Origin: a virus
Direction: 5' to 3' (one strand)
IMG/VR virus record: IMGVR_UViG_3300037755_000305
Location: 120,112 to 184,111 of that record
DNA: 64,000 nucleotides
Part shown: one piece after another, positions 40,959 to 49,369 of the stretch
How the letters are laid out: every line of letters starts with the position of its first letter
Position numbering within the stretch: the stretch's first letter is position 1
The notes under the pieces: generated by a model
What the model saw: the letters and a program-made list of their open reading frames with translations, nothing else
Told to the model about the DNA's origin: nothing
Database searches by the model: none
Made by a program: the position numbers and the translations under genes

Positions 40959-41046
40959 TGGTGAGCAGGGTGGGATTCGAACCCACAGTGGGATTTCTCC
41001 TGCGGATTAAAAGTCCGCCGCATTCAGCCAATTTTGCTACCTGCCC
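40959..41046 (-). tRNA. tRNA with Lys(TTT) anticodon and long variable arm
   Basis: GCGGA-CT-TTT-AA-TCCGC; 15-nt variable region; A73; CCA. Confidence 0.85.
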
Positions 41047-41051
41047 AAATA

Positions 41052-41128
41052 TGGTCCGGGTGGCCGGAGTCGAACCGGCTTCCTCATGCTCCCAAAGCAC
41101 GCGCGTGGCCACATTTCGCTACACCCGG
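41052..41128 (-). tRNA. tRNA-Pro(TGG)
   Basis: Cloverleaf, CCA. Confidence 0.92.
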
Positions 41129-41212
41129 GTAAAATCTATTTCCAACTCTCCTGAGTGATTCCGGGAGACCATTCTCCCCCATAGGTCATCAGGTATTCGC
41201 CTTATCTTCTTC

Positions 41213-41239
41213 CTTTCGGACACTCTCCCAATTTCTTTA
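41213..41239 (-). promoter_or_regulatory. sigma28-type promoter (internal to tRNA block)
   Basis: TAAA-N15-TCCGAAAG. Confidence 0.55.
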
Positions 41240-41247
41240 GTCTAAAC

Positions 41248-41515
41248 CCGCGCCAACCCAGCCCCCGCTGGCCTGTTCATCCTGTCCCTGCCAGTTAGTC
41301 GCTGGCTGCGCCCGTTCAGGATTACACAATATGGATGCCACCCTGGGACTCGAACCCAGAACCACCGGTGTCAGAGACCGGTGCTCTACCATTGAGCTAG
41401 ATGGCAATATGTTGTGCGCCGCCCGGCCCCCGCCGAGTCAGTTCTCCTGCCCCTTACCAGTCGACTACATTGTGTCTCTGGACACGCCCGTTCAGGATAA
41501 CGCAGTATGTCTTTC
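41248..41515 (-). repeat. Two related GC-rich structured elements (about 41248-41328 and 41415-41515), unassigned ncRNA
   Basis: Both share ATCCTGAACGGGCG and a GCGGGGGC hairpin, with collinear similarity between them; they flank tRNA-Gln(CTG). Confidence 0.7.
41332..41406 (-). tRNA. tRNA-Gln(CTG)
   Basis: CCGGT-CT-CTG-AC-ACCGG; CCA. Confidence 0.93.
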
Positions 41516-41561
41516 CTTTCTTCGACTGTATAAGTCTATTACTTTAGACCTATTTGCTAAA

Positions 41562-41648
41562 TGGTGAGCAGGGTGGGATTCGAACCCACATTGTCCTTTC
41601 GGACTCTGGTTAAGAGCCAGTTACATAGCCTGATTCTGTCACCTGCCC
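41562..41648 (-). tRNA. tRNA with Lys(CTT) anticodon and long variable arm
   Basis: CTGG-CT-CTT-AA-CCAG; variable stem-loop GTCC-GAAA-GGAC; A73; CCA. Confidence 0.85.
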
Positions 41649-41650
41649 AT

Positions 41651-41726
41651 TGAGTCAGTGTTCTACTCTATTGAACTACCGAAGACTAACGCTCCGGCCG
41701 GGTATCGCAGCCCGGACCTCTGACTA
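41651..41726 (-). ncRNA. Circularly permuted tRNA-like RNA
   Basis: 3' half (GTCAG, T-arm CCGGG/CCCGG, CCGGAGCG), then TTAG linker, then 5' half (TCTTCGG, D-arm GTTC/GAAC, CTGAC). Confidence 0.65.
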
Positions 41727-41731
41727 ATATA

Positions 41732-41808
41732 TGGTCGGGATAGTTGGATTCGAACCAACGGCCTCTCGCCCCCCAGACGAGCGCTCTGCCAAGCTGAGCT
41801 ATACCCCG
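41732..41808 (-). tRNA. tRNA-Pro(GGG)
   Basis: Cloverleaf, CCA. Confidence 0.93.
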
Positions 41809-41835
41809 TTATGCTTCCTTTGCAAGGTACGGGTT

Positions 41836-42243
41836 TTACGCCCGTGCTTTCTGTGCTGCGATTGCCGCCTTTCGGACAACCGGTGTTCCAAACAGATTCG
41901 TCAGCTTTCGCTTGACCGCCATCTCATTTTCGTCTCGGTTAGTATCGTATCCGCCCATATCGAACCGGAAGCTATCCGACAACAAGTAGTCTACGCTGGT
42001 TTCCTCGAGAGACCACTGTTCCTCAAACCCATTGCATGAACAGTGCGAACCATAGTTTTCGTACAGAACTCCATCCTTTCTCAACAAGAACCAGTTACTA
42101 GAGTTGCCCCAGCTACCTGCGCTTTCATAAGTGATAAGAATCTCAAACCCATCAAGCTCTTTCTCTTCGATTTGAAAAGAGCAAACAATATGGTCGCGAA
42201 CCTCTTCTTTCGAGTCTCCAGCCAAGTCTTCCAATGCCAACAT
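41836..42243 (-). CDS. Hypothetical protein
   Basis: GGAGAGG RBS; ends VRKAAIAAQKARA. Confidence 0.65.
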   Translation of the reverse strand: MLALEDLAGDSKEEVRDHIVCSFQIEEKELDGFEILITYESAGSWGNSSNWFLLRKDGVLYENYGSHCSCNGFEEQWSLEETSVDYLLSDSFRFDMGGYDTNRDENEMAVKRKLTNLFGTPVVRKAAIAAQKARA

Positions 42244-42264
42244 GTTTTACCTCTCCAAAATTTA

Positions 42265-42535
42265 CAGACGAGCTATAAGCGGGATTATGTTATCGACAAT
42301 CATTCATCTTGCTCTGGTGTCACCACCAGAATCTTTGCCCGATACCCGAGGACTCCTGACACGATCAATGCCCTCTGCTTTCGGTTGCTGCACCTGCGCT
42401 GTCGCCCGTTTCACCCAGACTTAACTGGCTCGTCACTGTTGCCGTCACTCACCTCACGGTGGTAGGGTGTTACCCTCCAGGCTGTGTCATGCAGTCCCGA
42501 CTTTCCTCTCCTTGGAGCGATTGTCCGCTCGTCTG
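42265..42535 (-). ncRNA. rnpB: Compact RNase P RNA (about 271 nt)
   Basis: P1 CAGACGAGC/GCTCGTCTG; P2 GACAATC/GATTGTC; CR-I GAGGAAAGTCGGGA pairs with CR-V ACATAATCCCGCTTAT (P4 with bulged U); CR-II/III GCAACAG...GGGTGAAACGG; CR-IV AGATGAATGA. Confidence 0.9.
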
Positions 42536-42554
42536 TTTATCCTTACAAATCAAA

Positions 42555-42631
42555 TGGTCTGGGTGGGTGGCTTCGATCCACCGACCTCTCCCTTCCGAGG
42601 GGAGTGCTCTTCCAGACTGAGCTACACCCAG
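42555..42631 (-). tRNA. tRNA-Pro(CGG)
   Basis: CTCCC-CT-CGG-AA-GGGAG; C1-G72, A73, CCA. Confidence 0.92.
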
Positions 42632-42750
42632 TTATAACTATTTGACTCTGCCGCCTGTCGCGGAGTCTCGGCTACCAGGGACAGGGAGTTCAAGTCCCTT
42701 CCTTAGCAGCTTATAACGCCCGGTGTCTGACCTATGTTTGCCTTGAATTG

Positions 42751-42833
42751 TGGCTGGCTAGGTAGGATTCGAACCTACATTGAGTTCCCTCACGGGTTAA
42801 CAGCCCGCTGCATTACCATTATGCTACTAACCA
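42751..42833 (-). tRNA. tRNA-Asn(GTT) with long variable arm
   Basis: GCGGG-CT-GTT-AA-CCCGT; variable stem-loop GAG-GGAA-CTC; G73; CCA. Confidence 0.88.
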
Positions 42834-42853
42834 ATAATTGTCCTCTAAAACGC

Positions 42854-42884
42854 AAAAACCCCGGTTTCCTTTTGGAGACCGGGG
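42854..42884 (-). terminator. Attenuator terminator ahead of tRNA block 1
   Basis: CCCCGGTCTCC-AAAA-GGAAACCGGGG-TTTTT. Confidence 0.85.
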
Positions 42885-42912
42885 CGCAAAATGTTGCTCT
42901 GTCAGTCAGAGC

Positions 42913-42999
42913 TTACAGCACGCCAGTCTCCTGCCCAGGATTACTGGGCTGGTTCGGCTTCGATTGCCGTGAGGATGGTTTGCTGTTGAAAGTCATCAT
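42913..42999 (-). CDS. Leader peptide 1 (MMTFNSKPSSRQSKPNQPSNPGQETGVL)
   Basis: 28-codon ORF ending 29 nt before the terminator; N/S/K/P/Q-rich; its 3' end is complementary to the terminator 5' arm. Confidence 0.8.
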   Translation of the reverse strand: MMTFNSKPSSRQSKPNQPSNPGQETGVL

Positions 43000-43057
43000 T
43001 GTATCCAATATATAAGCACCAGAAAAATTTCGTGATGCGCACAAGCTCTTTAGTGTA

Positions 43058-43084
43058 GTATCGGCTACCTGGACCGAAACTTGA
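43058..43084 (-). promoter_or_regulatory. sigma28-type promoter upstream of leader 1
   Basis: TCAA-N15-GCCGATAC. Confidence 0.75.
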
Positions 43085-43267
43085 GACCTTTTTATCCTTC
43101 TGAAACCAGAAACTCGAATATTTTGTAGCACTTGACGCAAATGTGCAACTTCTTTACTTCTAATCCCTCAGGGGGACAGAACAGAAGAGCGCCCGGCTCT
43201 TCCAGTTCGTCAGAACATTTAGCACAAAACACTGAAATTGCCATACCCGTCTCCAAATTTTCTATGC

Positions 43268-43636
43268 CTACAATTCACCTTCTGTGGCTCCCAAAGAATG
43301 ATCTCTATGCAAGTCCTGCAAATCCTGCAAATCCAGTCCCAGATCCTCTGCTAATTCTGCAACCTTGTCTCTGAGATCCTTCGCCAGGGCTCTGTATCCG
43401 TCTTCTTCGGCGGAACTAGCGTAGGCCAAAATGGCGGGCAGCGCATGGGGATCGTGATTCAAATCCAACACGAAATATTCGCATCCGTAGTGCCTGCCAG
43501 GAGGACCGCCGCGAAGACCTTCGCGTCTGTCTTCTCCGTCGATTCGAGTCACTTTATACTTATCGTACAGGCCCTTCTTTCGATCTGCCATTCTCTTCTC
43601 CATTCTTGCAAACTTATCGTCGTAGCTTTCAAACAC
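43268..43636 (-). CDS. Hypothetical protein
   Basis: GLYDKYKVTR...EYFVLDLNHDPHALPAILAYA. Confidence 0.65.
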   Translation of the reverse strand: MFESYDDKFARMEKRMADRKKGLYDKYKVTRIDGEDRREGLRGGPPGRHYGCEYFVLDLNHDPHALPAILAYASSAEEDGYRALAKDLRDKVAELAEDLGLDLQDLQDLHRDHSLGATEGEL

Positions 43637-44012
43637 GTTGGTCTATCTTTCCAGATACAGAAACCAAAGCATCTACATCTACGTGATTGTTCCAAATAGA
43701 GCACCCCTTGTATAGGAACTGCTCTTGAATTTCGTGAAGTTCGGCCCGATGTACGGCAGCCCAAGCTGTTTGCACAACCTCAGTAGGACACGAATATCTT
43801 GACAAGAACCACTTACGTCCCTTTTGAAGGGCTGGCTCTCCTCCGCTTTCGTTATCCGGCGCCATGAATTGTACTCGGAGAATCACATCGTAGTCATCCG
43901 GTCTATCGGCATCGTAGCCTCGCATCTCCAGATGGAAAAACCAGTCTTTGTAAGTGACTAGATCCAAAATGTCTTGAAGCTCTTTGATGGATTTTTTGTT
44001 GTCCATGTTCAA
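43629..44012 (-). CDS. Hypothetical protein
   Basis: QKGRKWFLSRY...HEIQEQF; coupled. Confidence 0.65.
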   Translation of the reverse strand: MNMDNKKSIKELQDILDLVTYKDWFFHLEMRGYDADRPDDYDVILRVQFMAPDNESGGEPALQKGRKWFLSRYSCPTEVVQTAWAAVHRAELHEIQEQFLYKGCSIWNNHVDVDALVSVSGKIDQRV

Positions 44013-44024
44013 GATCTCTACATT

Positions 44025-44891
44025 CTACAATTTGGTGACTACTTCAATACCTTCGCGAGTCACGATCATTGTGTGTTCAAATTGAGCGGAAAGGCTACCA
44101 TCGCATGTAGTGACTGTCCACCCGTCTCGCTCATCTGTTACCACAAACTTTTCTCCAGCATTTATCATCGGTTCGATGGTAAATGCGGTGTTCAATTGCA
44201 AAGTAGGGAATATACAATCCCCTATAGCCTTCATTCGCATATGTGGAATAGGCGGGTCCTTATGAAAGATTTTGCCAGTTCCATGTCCTGTGTATTGTTC
44301 GACTACACTAAACCCGTGCTCTTCCACAAATGGTTGGATGGCTTCGCCAACCACAGTAATGGGGGCGTTGATACTGCACGCTTCAATGCCTTTCCACATA
44401 GCTTGCTCTGTGACTTCAACAAGCCGCTTAGCGTCATCGCTAATAGTTCCTACAGCAAAGGTACGGCTGGTGTCTCCATGGTATCCACGAAGTTTAGGTG
44501 TCACGTCTACATTTACAATATCTCCCTCCATAAGAGGTCGTAGGCTTGGAATGCCGTGGCATACAACAGCATTAACAGAGATGCAACAATGTCCGGGGAA
44601 CGGAGGAGTACCGTAACCAAGGGGTGCTGATTCTGCCCCGGCTTCCTGCGTGAGTCGGTCCACCAAACCGTCGATTTCAACCGTAGTTATGCCCGGCTCA
44701 ATTACCTTTTCTACCTCATCAAGAATCTGACAAGCTAGTCTTCCGGACGCCCTCATGCCGTCCGCAAAACGCTTCTCAGCATGACGACCGAAATTTCTGT
44801 TATTGGGCTTGGTTTTCTTTCGTTTTTTCTTGCTCAAGCCGGATCTCCTTCTTCCCAACCACAGCGCGCTTTGAATGAAACGGGACCACAC
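44025..44891 (-). CDS. map: Methionine aminopeptidase (type I)
   Basis: CISVNAVVCHGIP, DIVNVDV, YHGDTSRT, GHGTG, TIEPMIN, SAQFEHT. Start uncertain. Confidence 0.95.
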   Translation of the reverse strand: MWSRFIQSALWLGRRRSGLSKKKRKKTKPNNRNFGRHAEKRFADGMRASGRLACQILDEVEKVIEPGITTVEIDGLVDRLTQEAGAESAPLGYGTPPFPGHCCISVNAVVCHGIPSLRPLMEGDIVNVDVTPKLRGYHGDTSRTFAVGTISDDAKRLVEVTEQAMWKGIEACSINAPITVVGEAIQPFVEEHGFSVVEQYTGHGTGKIFHKDPPIPHMRMKAIGDCIFPTLQLNTAFTIEPMINAGEKFVVTDERDGWTVTTCDGSLSAQFEHTMIVTREGIEVVTKL

Positions 44892-45015
44892 GATAGGTCT
44901 TTCCGTTGTGCGTGAACGTCTCGGTCAGCTTGCCATGGCTTCTGACAATAGCCGCCAACGCCTTGGGGTCGTTCAAGATTTCGCGCTGCTTCTTCGAATA
45001 CTTAACCTTAGACAT
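44800..45015 (-). CDS. Hypothetical basic protein
   Basis: GAGG RBS; overlaps the 5' end of map. Confidence 0.4.
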   Translation of the reverse strand: MSKVKYSKKQREILNDPKALAAIVRSHGKLTETFTHNGKTYRVVPFHSKRAVVGKKEIRLEQEKTKENQAQ

Positions 45016-45110
45016 GACACCTCTATATCCATTTTTGCGCCGTTTATGGCGAAAGTCAAGCAAAAGTTCTTGGATTCGCCATGTCTCTAATTTTCATCTG
45101 CCCTGGATTA

Positions 45111-45350
45111 TCACTCAGATAGCAATGCTAGCTTTTGGGCTCGCGTCTTCTGCTTTATTCCATACTCTCGCCGCATGGCCAAAGACTTGCTGCTTAGTTC
45201 CTCTTTGTAGCAAAGCTCAACAGGCAGCCTGCTCTTCGTGTACTTCGCACCATTACCGGCGTTGTGTTTCGCCACCCGGGCATCCACGTCATTCGTGTAC
45301 CCGGTGTATAATGTTCCATCAGAGCACCTTAGGATGTAGACGAACCACAC
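45111..45350 (-). CDS. Small GIY-YIG nuclease (UPF0213/YhbQ-like)
   Basis: FVYILRCSDGTLYTGYTND...HNAGNGAKYT...AMRREYGIK. Confidence 0.9.
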   Translation of the reverse strand: MWFVYILRCSDGTLYTGYTNDVDARVAKHNAGNGAKYTKSRLPVELCYKEELSSKSLAMRREYGIKQKTRAQKLALLSE

Positions 45351-45354
45351 TAAC

Positions 45355-45735
45355 TTAGTCCCACAAGGCAAAGAACCATTCTCTGAACAGGTCCATAGAG
45401 CGTTCAAGTTGTGCATGATCTTCATTGTCCAGCGGATAGCAATCGTCGTCTATCGCCAGCTTAAATCCTTTTAACATCTCTCCGAGAATGTCATCCCATT
45501 CTTCCAATGTCAAAGCTCGCGGAAACCCTGCTTCATTGTGCCCTTCAGGATAAACTTCTGTAGGATGACACGGTGTAGCGTGAGGAGGCATCTCTCTAAG
45601 AGCCTTCAAACGAGGATAGATAAATTTGATTATAGTGTAGTCAAGGCTCCACAATTCAGAATCATCCCATCCTCGGGTTAGACGCTGCCAAAGAAACTTG
45701 ACAGGACTCCAGTATCGCCAAAGCCAGTCAGGCAT
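45355..45735 (-). CDS. Hypothetical protein
   Basis: RGWDDSELWSLDY...FFALWD. Confidence 0.65.
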   Translation of the reverse strand: MPDWLWRYWSPVKFLWQRLTRGWDDSELWSLDYTIIKFIYPRLKALREMPPHATPCHPTEVYPEGHNEAGFPRALTLEEWDDILGEMLKGFKLAIDDDCYPLDNEDHAQLERSMDLFREWFFALWD

Positions 45736-45901
45736 CTAATTTCCTTTCTCGTCAATAGCCAACTTCGGACCTTCAGTCCCCTTGCGATAAGGGAGAACGC
45801 AACGCTTGTGGAAATACAACCCCACATTGAAATCCTTGGCGGTGCTGTGTAGAACAAGCTTCCACCAAATCCGCTTACCGCAACCGTAACAGTGGGGGTC
45901 T

Positions 45902-46237
45902 CTACGCATTGTCCCTCTTTACCGCATCCTCAACAAGCTCAACCCAGTGAGCCCCGCCGTTGTAGTATTGGGTGCGAAAATTGTAACTTCCATCCTCGTT
46001 CTTGATAAGGTCGCACCAATCCTCGTTGGCGTCTTCGGTCTTGAAGTTCTCGACTCGACAGAATCCAAGGCCCTCAATATCGGCGTATTCTTCCGTTTCA
46101 GATGCTAGAGCTTTTTGTGGAGTCCCGTAGCAATTATCGCAATCTACATCCAACCGCTCACACTCTGCCTTGGCCTCCGATTCTGTCAAAGTTACGGGGA
46201 TCAATTTGCCGCTGTCGATTACTGTCTCACTCATCAT
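45902..46237 (-). CDS. Hypothetical protein
   Basis: Coupled acidic ORF. Confidence 0.6.
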   Translation of the reverse strand: MMSETVIDSGKLIPVTLTESEAKAECERLDVDCDNCYGTPQKALASETEEYADIEGLGFCRVENFKTEDANEDWCDLIKNEDGSYNFRTQYYNGGAHWVELVEDAVKRDNA

Positions 46238-46736
46238 CGCCGCCCGGTTCGAAGCTTACGCCCTCGATTCCTTGGGAGGCAAAGAACTCGCTGATCTCGT
46301 CCCCCATTCTCGGAGACAGAGCGTTACCATGCTCCCTGATCTCTTCGAGAGTAAAATTGGAATCGTCGCCCGGGACCACTTCCTCGGTAACATCGGGCTC
46401 GTCTCCGCCATTGTACTCGACACGCAGAATCTTGTATGGTTTACCTGCTTCAATGAAGCCGTAAAAATCACTTCCCCAGTCGTCGCCCTGAACTGTTTCC
46501 GTAAGAGTTTCCACGAAAACACGTCCATCCGAGAACCGGATTCGTCGAGGGTTGAAGACACTATGCAGTCCGTCCCCTTCCTCACGATCTGGGTCTTCCT
46601 CGACCTCGTATGAAAGCCCCTGTTCGGACAGCTTGGTGTCAATCACCTGCCTTAGAAGCTCGTTCGGATCTACCCCTAGAATATCTAGCAGAAGACTCTG
46701 TACATCCTGTCGTCCTGTCTCTTGGTCCCAACCCAT
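46227..46736 (-). CDS. Hypothetical protein
   Basis: GGAG RBS; acidic ORF. Confidence 0.6.
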   Translation of the reverse strand: MGWDQETGRQDVQSLLLDILGVDPNELLRQVIDTKLSEQGLSYEVEEDPDREEGDGLHSVFNPRRIRFSDGRVFVETLTETVQGDDWGSDFYGFIEAGKPYKILRVEYNGGDEPDVTEEVVPGDDSNFTLEEIREHGNALSPRMGDEISEFFASQGIEGVSFEPGGDDE

Positions 46737-47226
46737 GTTTTCTCCTACGTTCCGGTATTCAATTTCACTCTATTTCCATCTTCGTGATGGTGTAGTAGGT
46801 ACCGTAAGGTTTGCCGTTGTAAAAAATTTCTGTCCACACTTCGCTGTCTGTTGCAGACGTGACGGGATGGATGCCCAGAGCGTATTCAGGTGCGTTGTCA
46901 TACTCATAACGCACACTACGGGCACATGCTGAAACTGCCTTGAAGAAATCAGCGTATACGCCCAGATAGTCCGTTTCCGGGGCGTCTTCGAAGAATCTAC
47001 GGACGACAAAAGCATTCACGGAAATGGCTCTCCCACACAATTTCGGCGCTTGACACTCCAGCCTTGAAGGTTGATTACGCCACAAATGTCCAGAAGACAA
47101 AGCAAAAGAAGCCCGTCTACGAGGATGAAACGGCCGGGACGTTCAATTCCCTTCCCGCCGTCTGTCCATTCACACGCCTGGGCGATGAAACATCCGACCG
47201 TTGCGTATACTAGAAAGTAGATCATA

Positions 47227-47448
47227 TCAGTCCTCGTCCTCGTCCCGGTACGGACCCCAGTGTTCATTGATTGCCGCGTCAAGTTCGGGGTCTATGTCTC
47301 GACACTCATCGAGTGTATCGCAATCGAAATCAAGAGCGGTCTGAACCAGCTCATCATAGATCTCACGACGACACTCGTCAGTCTCTACTACACCCTGCAC
47401 AACTTGCGCAACACGCTCTACAAACTCAGATCCTCTTGACCAGCCCAT
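47227..47448 (-). CDS. Hypothetical protein
   Basis: GGAGG RBS. Confidence 0.55.
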   Translation of the reverse strand: MGWSRGSEFVERVAQVVQGVVETDECRREIYDELVQTALDFDCDTLDECRDIDPELDAAINEHWGPYRDEDED

Positions 47449-48020
47449 GTTTCCTCCATAGTGACGCTCCGTACGTCCCTGTGTAACTTATTGATTTCCT
47501 ACCATTTAGTCTCTGTTACCAATCCGCAGATACGGGATTAGAATTCCGGCGGGCCATCTCTGTGGGACAGGTTTGTAAAACCCAAAGCCAATAGATGTGG
47601 AATGCTGTTCACCTGTTTCAGGTCCATTCTAACCGTGCGCGTAGTTGGCGCAAGATTGGACACAAAACCCGCGAAACGAGAGAACCCAACCAGGGCAAAA
47701 AACCCCAAAATAACCAATACGTAGCTGTGGATCTCGATCATCGGACCACCTCCGCCCGCATATACCAATCTGGTACGGTGGTTTCCGTGTTTTGGGAGTT
47801 GAAATCGTCGCAGAAGGATTGAGCAAGCTCCAGAGTCTCGAACTCCCTAACTTCGTCAATCTTGCTGCCCCAGCCTCGCTCACTCTCGATGATGTATACC
47901 TTGACCATGATATTTTCTTTCCTTCGGCAAAGTTATAAGAGAACCTTTAGCCAATTCTGTGTCTCTGTTACCATCCCGCAAACATACCCTTACTAACCAC
48001 TGTGCCATAATGGATTTCCT

Positions 48021-48539
48021 TTAGTCTATGGCATATGGGGGTGGAGAAGGTTTCTGAGATAGATTAGAGTTCTCCCACTCGTCTCCAAGCTGATTCAGCT
48101 TGGTTGTGAAAGTGTTGATGTCTTCATCGAAAGATATGATTGTCTCAGTCGTGCGAGGAATGTAGTCCCCGACAACCATATCTGCGTAGCGCTGTAGGTT
48201 GGCCAGAATTGCTTCTGCGACCTTCAAAGCTCTATTCTCCGTCTTGATTAAAGGGCTGAGCAGTGTGTACTGGGAACCAGAGCCCCGGATCGCTTCATCT
48301 CGAACGATACCAATTTCCCGGAAGCGCCCGTTGATTGGATCGTAATTGAATTCAACTCTGACTTCTTTGTATGGTTGATCTGCTTTTGCGTATGAAATGC
48401 CTCTTTCTGCCACTACAGAACCGACGGCCCTGCACCGAGGACAATAGAAAGTTTCTCCGTGGTTGAGAAGGAATACGCCTATGGCGTAGTCATCGCAATT
48501 CGTATCGCCGCAATAACCTACAGCACGTTTCATCGACAT
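48021..48539 (-). CDS. Zn-binding hypothetical protein
   Basis: AAGGAG RBS; C...C...CPRC; downstream of a sigma28 promoter. Confidence 0.65.
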   Translation of the reverse strand: MSMKRAVGYCGDTNCDDYAIGVFLLNHGETFYCPRCRAVGSVVAERGISYAKADQPYKEVRVEFNYDPINGRFREIGIVRDEAIRGSGSQYTLLSPLIKTENRALKVAEAILANLQRYADMVVGDYIPRTTETIISFDEDINTFTTKLNQLGDEWENSNLSQKPSPPPYAID

Positions 48540-48558
48540 TCAGTTCTCCTTGGATATT

Positions 48559-48585
48559 ATATCGGACGATCCGTGGAGAACTTTA
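48559..48585 (-). promoter_or_regulatory. sigma28-type promoter
   Basis: TAAA-N15-TCCGATAT. Confidence 0.7.
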
Positions 48586-48597
48586 GTGTTTTGCCAC

Positions 48598-48640
48598 AAA
48601 AAACCCGCCAGTTTGAGCATCGTTGAGAGGCTTGGCGGGT
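48598..48640 (-). terminator. Rho-independent terminator closing tRNA block 2
   Basis: ACCCGCCA...TGGCGGGT followed by a T run. Confidence 0.65.
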
Positions 48641-48871
48641 ATTGTTAGATCAGATATATTCTGTAATATCGGTCGCCTGTCGCGAGCGGTTGCACATTAC
48701 TATGCTTCAATAGTGAGAGCTTACTGACCGAGCTACATTGGTTCCGCAACAACCATGGCGGACGTTGTTGTCGGGATTTCTTCTCTCAGGGCGCACACCC
48801 TTTCATATAGGTTAATTTGGGTGGCGAAACTCCCTCCCTTTTAGCCGCCTGTCGCGGACGGAGAGGAAAGA

Positions 48872-48948
48872 TGGTAGCGGAAGAGGGATTCGAACCCCCG
48901 GTCTCAAGGTTATGAGCCTTGCGAGATACCTGACTTCTCCATTCCGCG
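48872..48948 (-). tRNA. tRNA-fMet(CAT)
   Basis: CGCGG 5' end with C1:U72 mismatch; CAT anticodon; CCA. Confidence 0.88.
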
Positions 48949-49369
48949 TCAATCTAATGTATAGATAACCACTTAGTGTGGTTTTTCTGTAGCTCCTTTA
49001 GCAAAGGAAACGAAAACAAAAGGCTCTGGGGTGAGGTTTGAGACCGGTCGGGTTTTATCCGAGTGCTCTGTGTCTATCGAGCACCTAACCGAGGAGTCCA
49101 CTACGTCCCCGCCCACAATGGAGGCTCATCGCCGCCCACCCCAGAGTTTATCGAAGTTCCGTGTCTGCGACGCTAACGTGGCGATAATCGCCGTCGTTTT
49201 CTTTGACGCCCCATACGAAGCGTCGCTTGCCGCCGCCAATCATGATGCGAATCACTTGCTCATCCGTTCCTTTCAGGAACCGGCTGCGCTGTCCGCCCTT
49301 CATGCCTGCATTCTGATTTCTTGTCTTTGCACCTGCCATCGTATTTTCCTTCTTTCCTCGTCCTTTAGT

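Noticed and set aside
41150-41206. Hammerhead ribozyme (CTGATGA present)
   Set aside because: No correctly placed GAAA or stem III; it folds as a simple rod.
47921-47950. Ninth sigma28-like promoter
   Set aside because: Spacing is 17 rather than 15, so it was not counted.
47508-47990. Short repeat GTCTCTGTTACCA..CCGCA at about 47510 and 47961
   Set aside because: Only two imperfect copies with no interpretable promoter spacing; noted, but no function can be supported.
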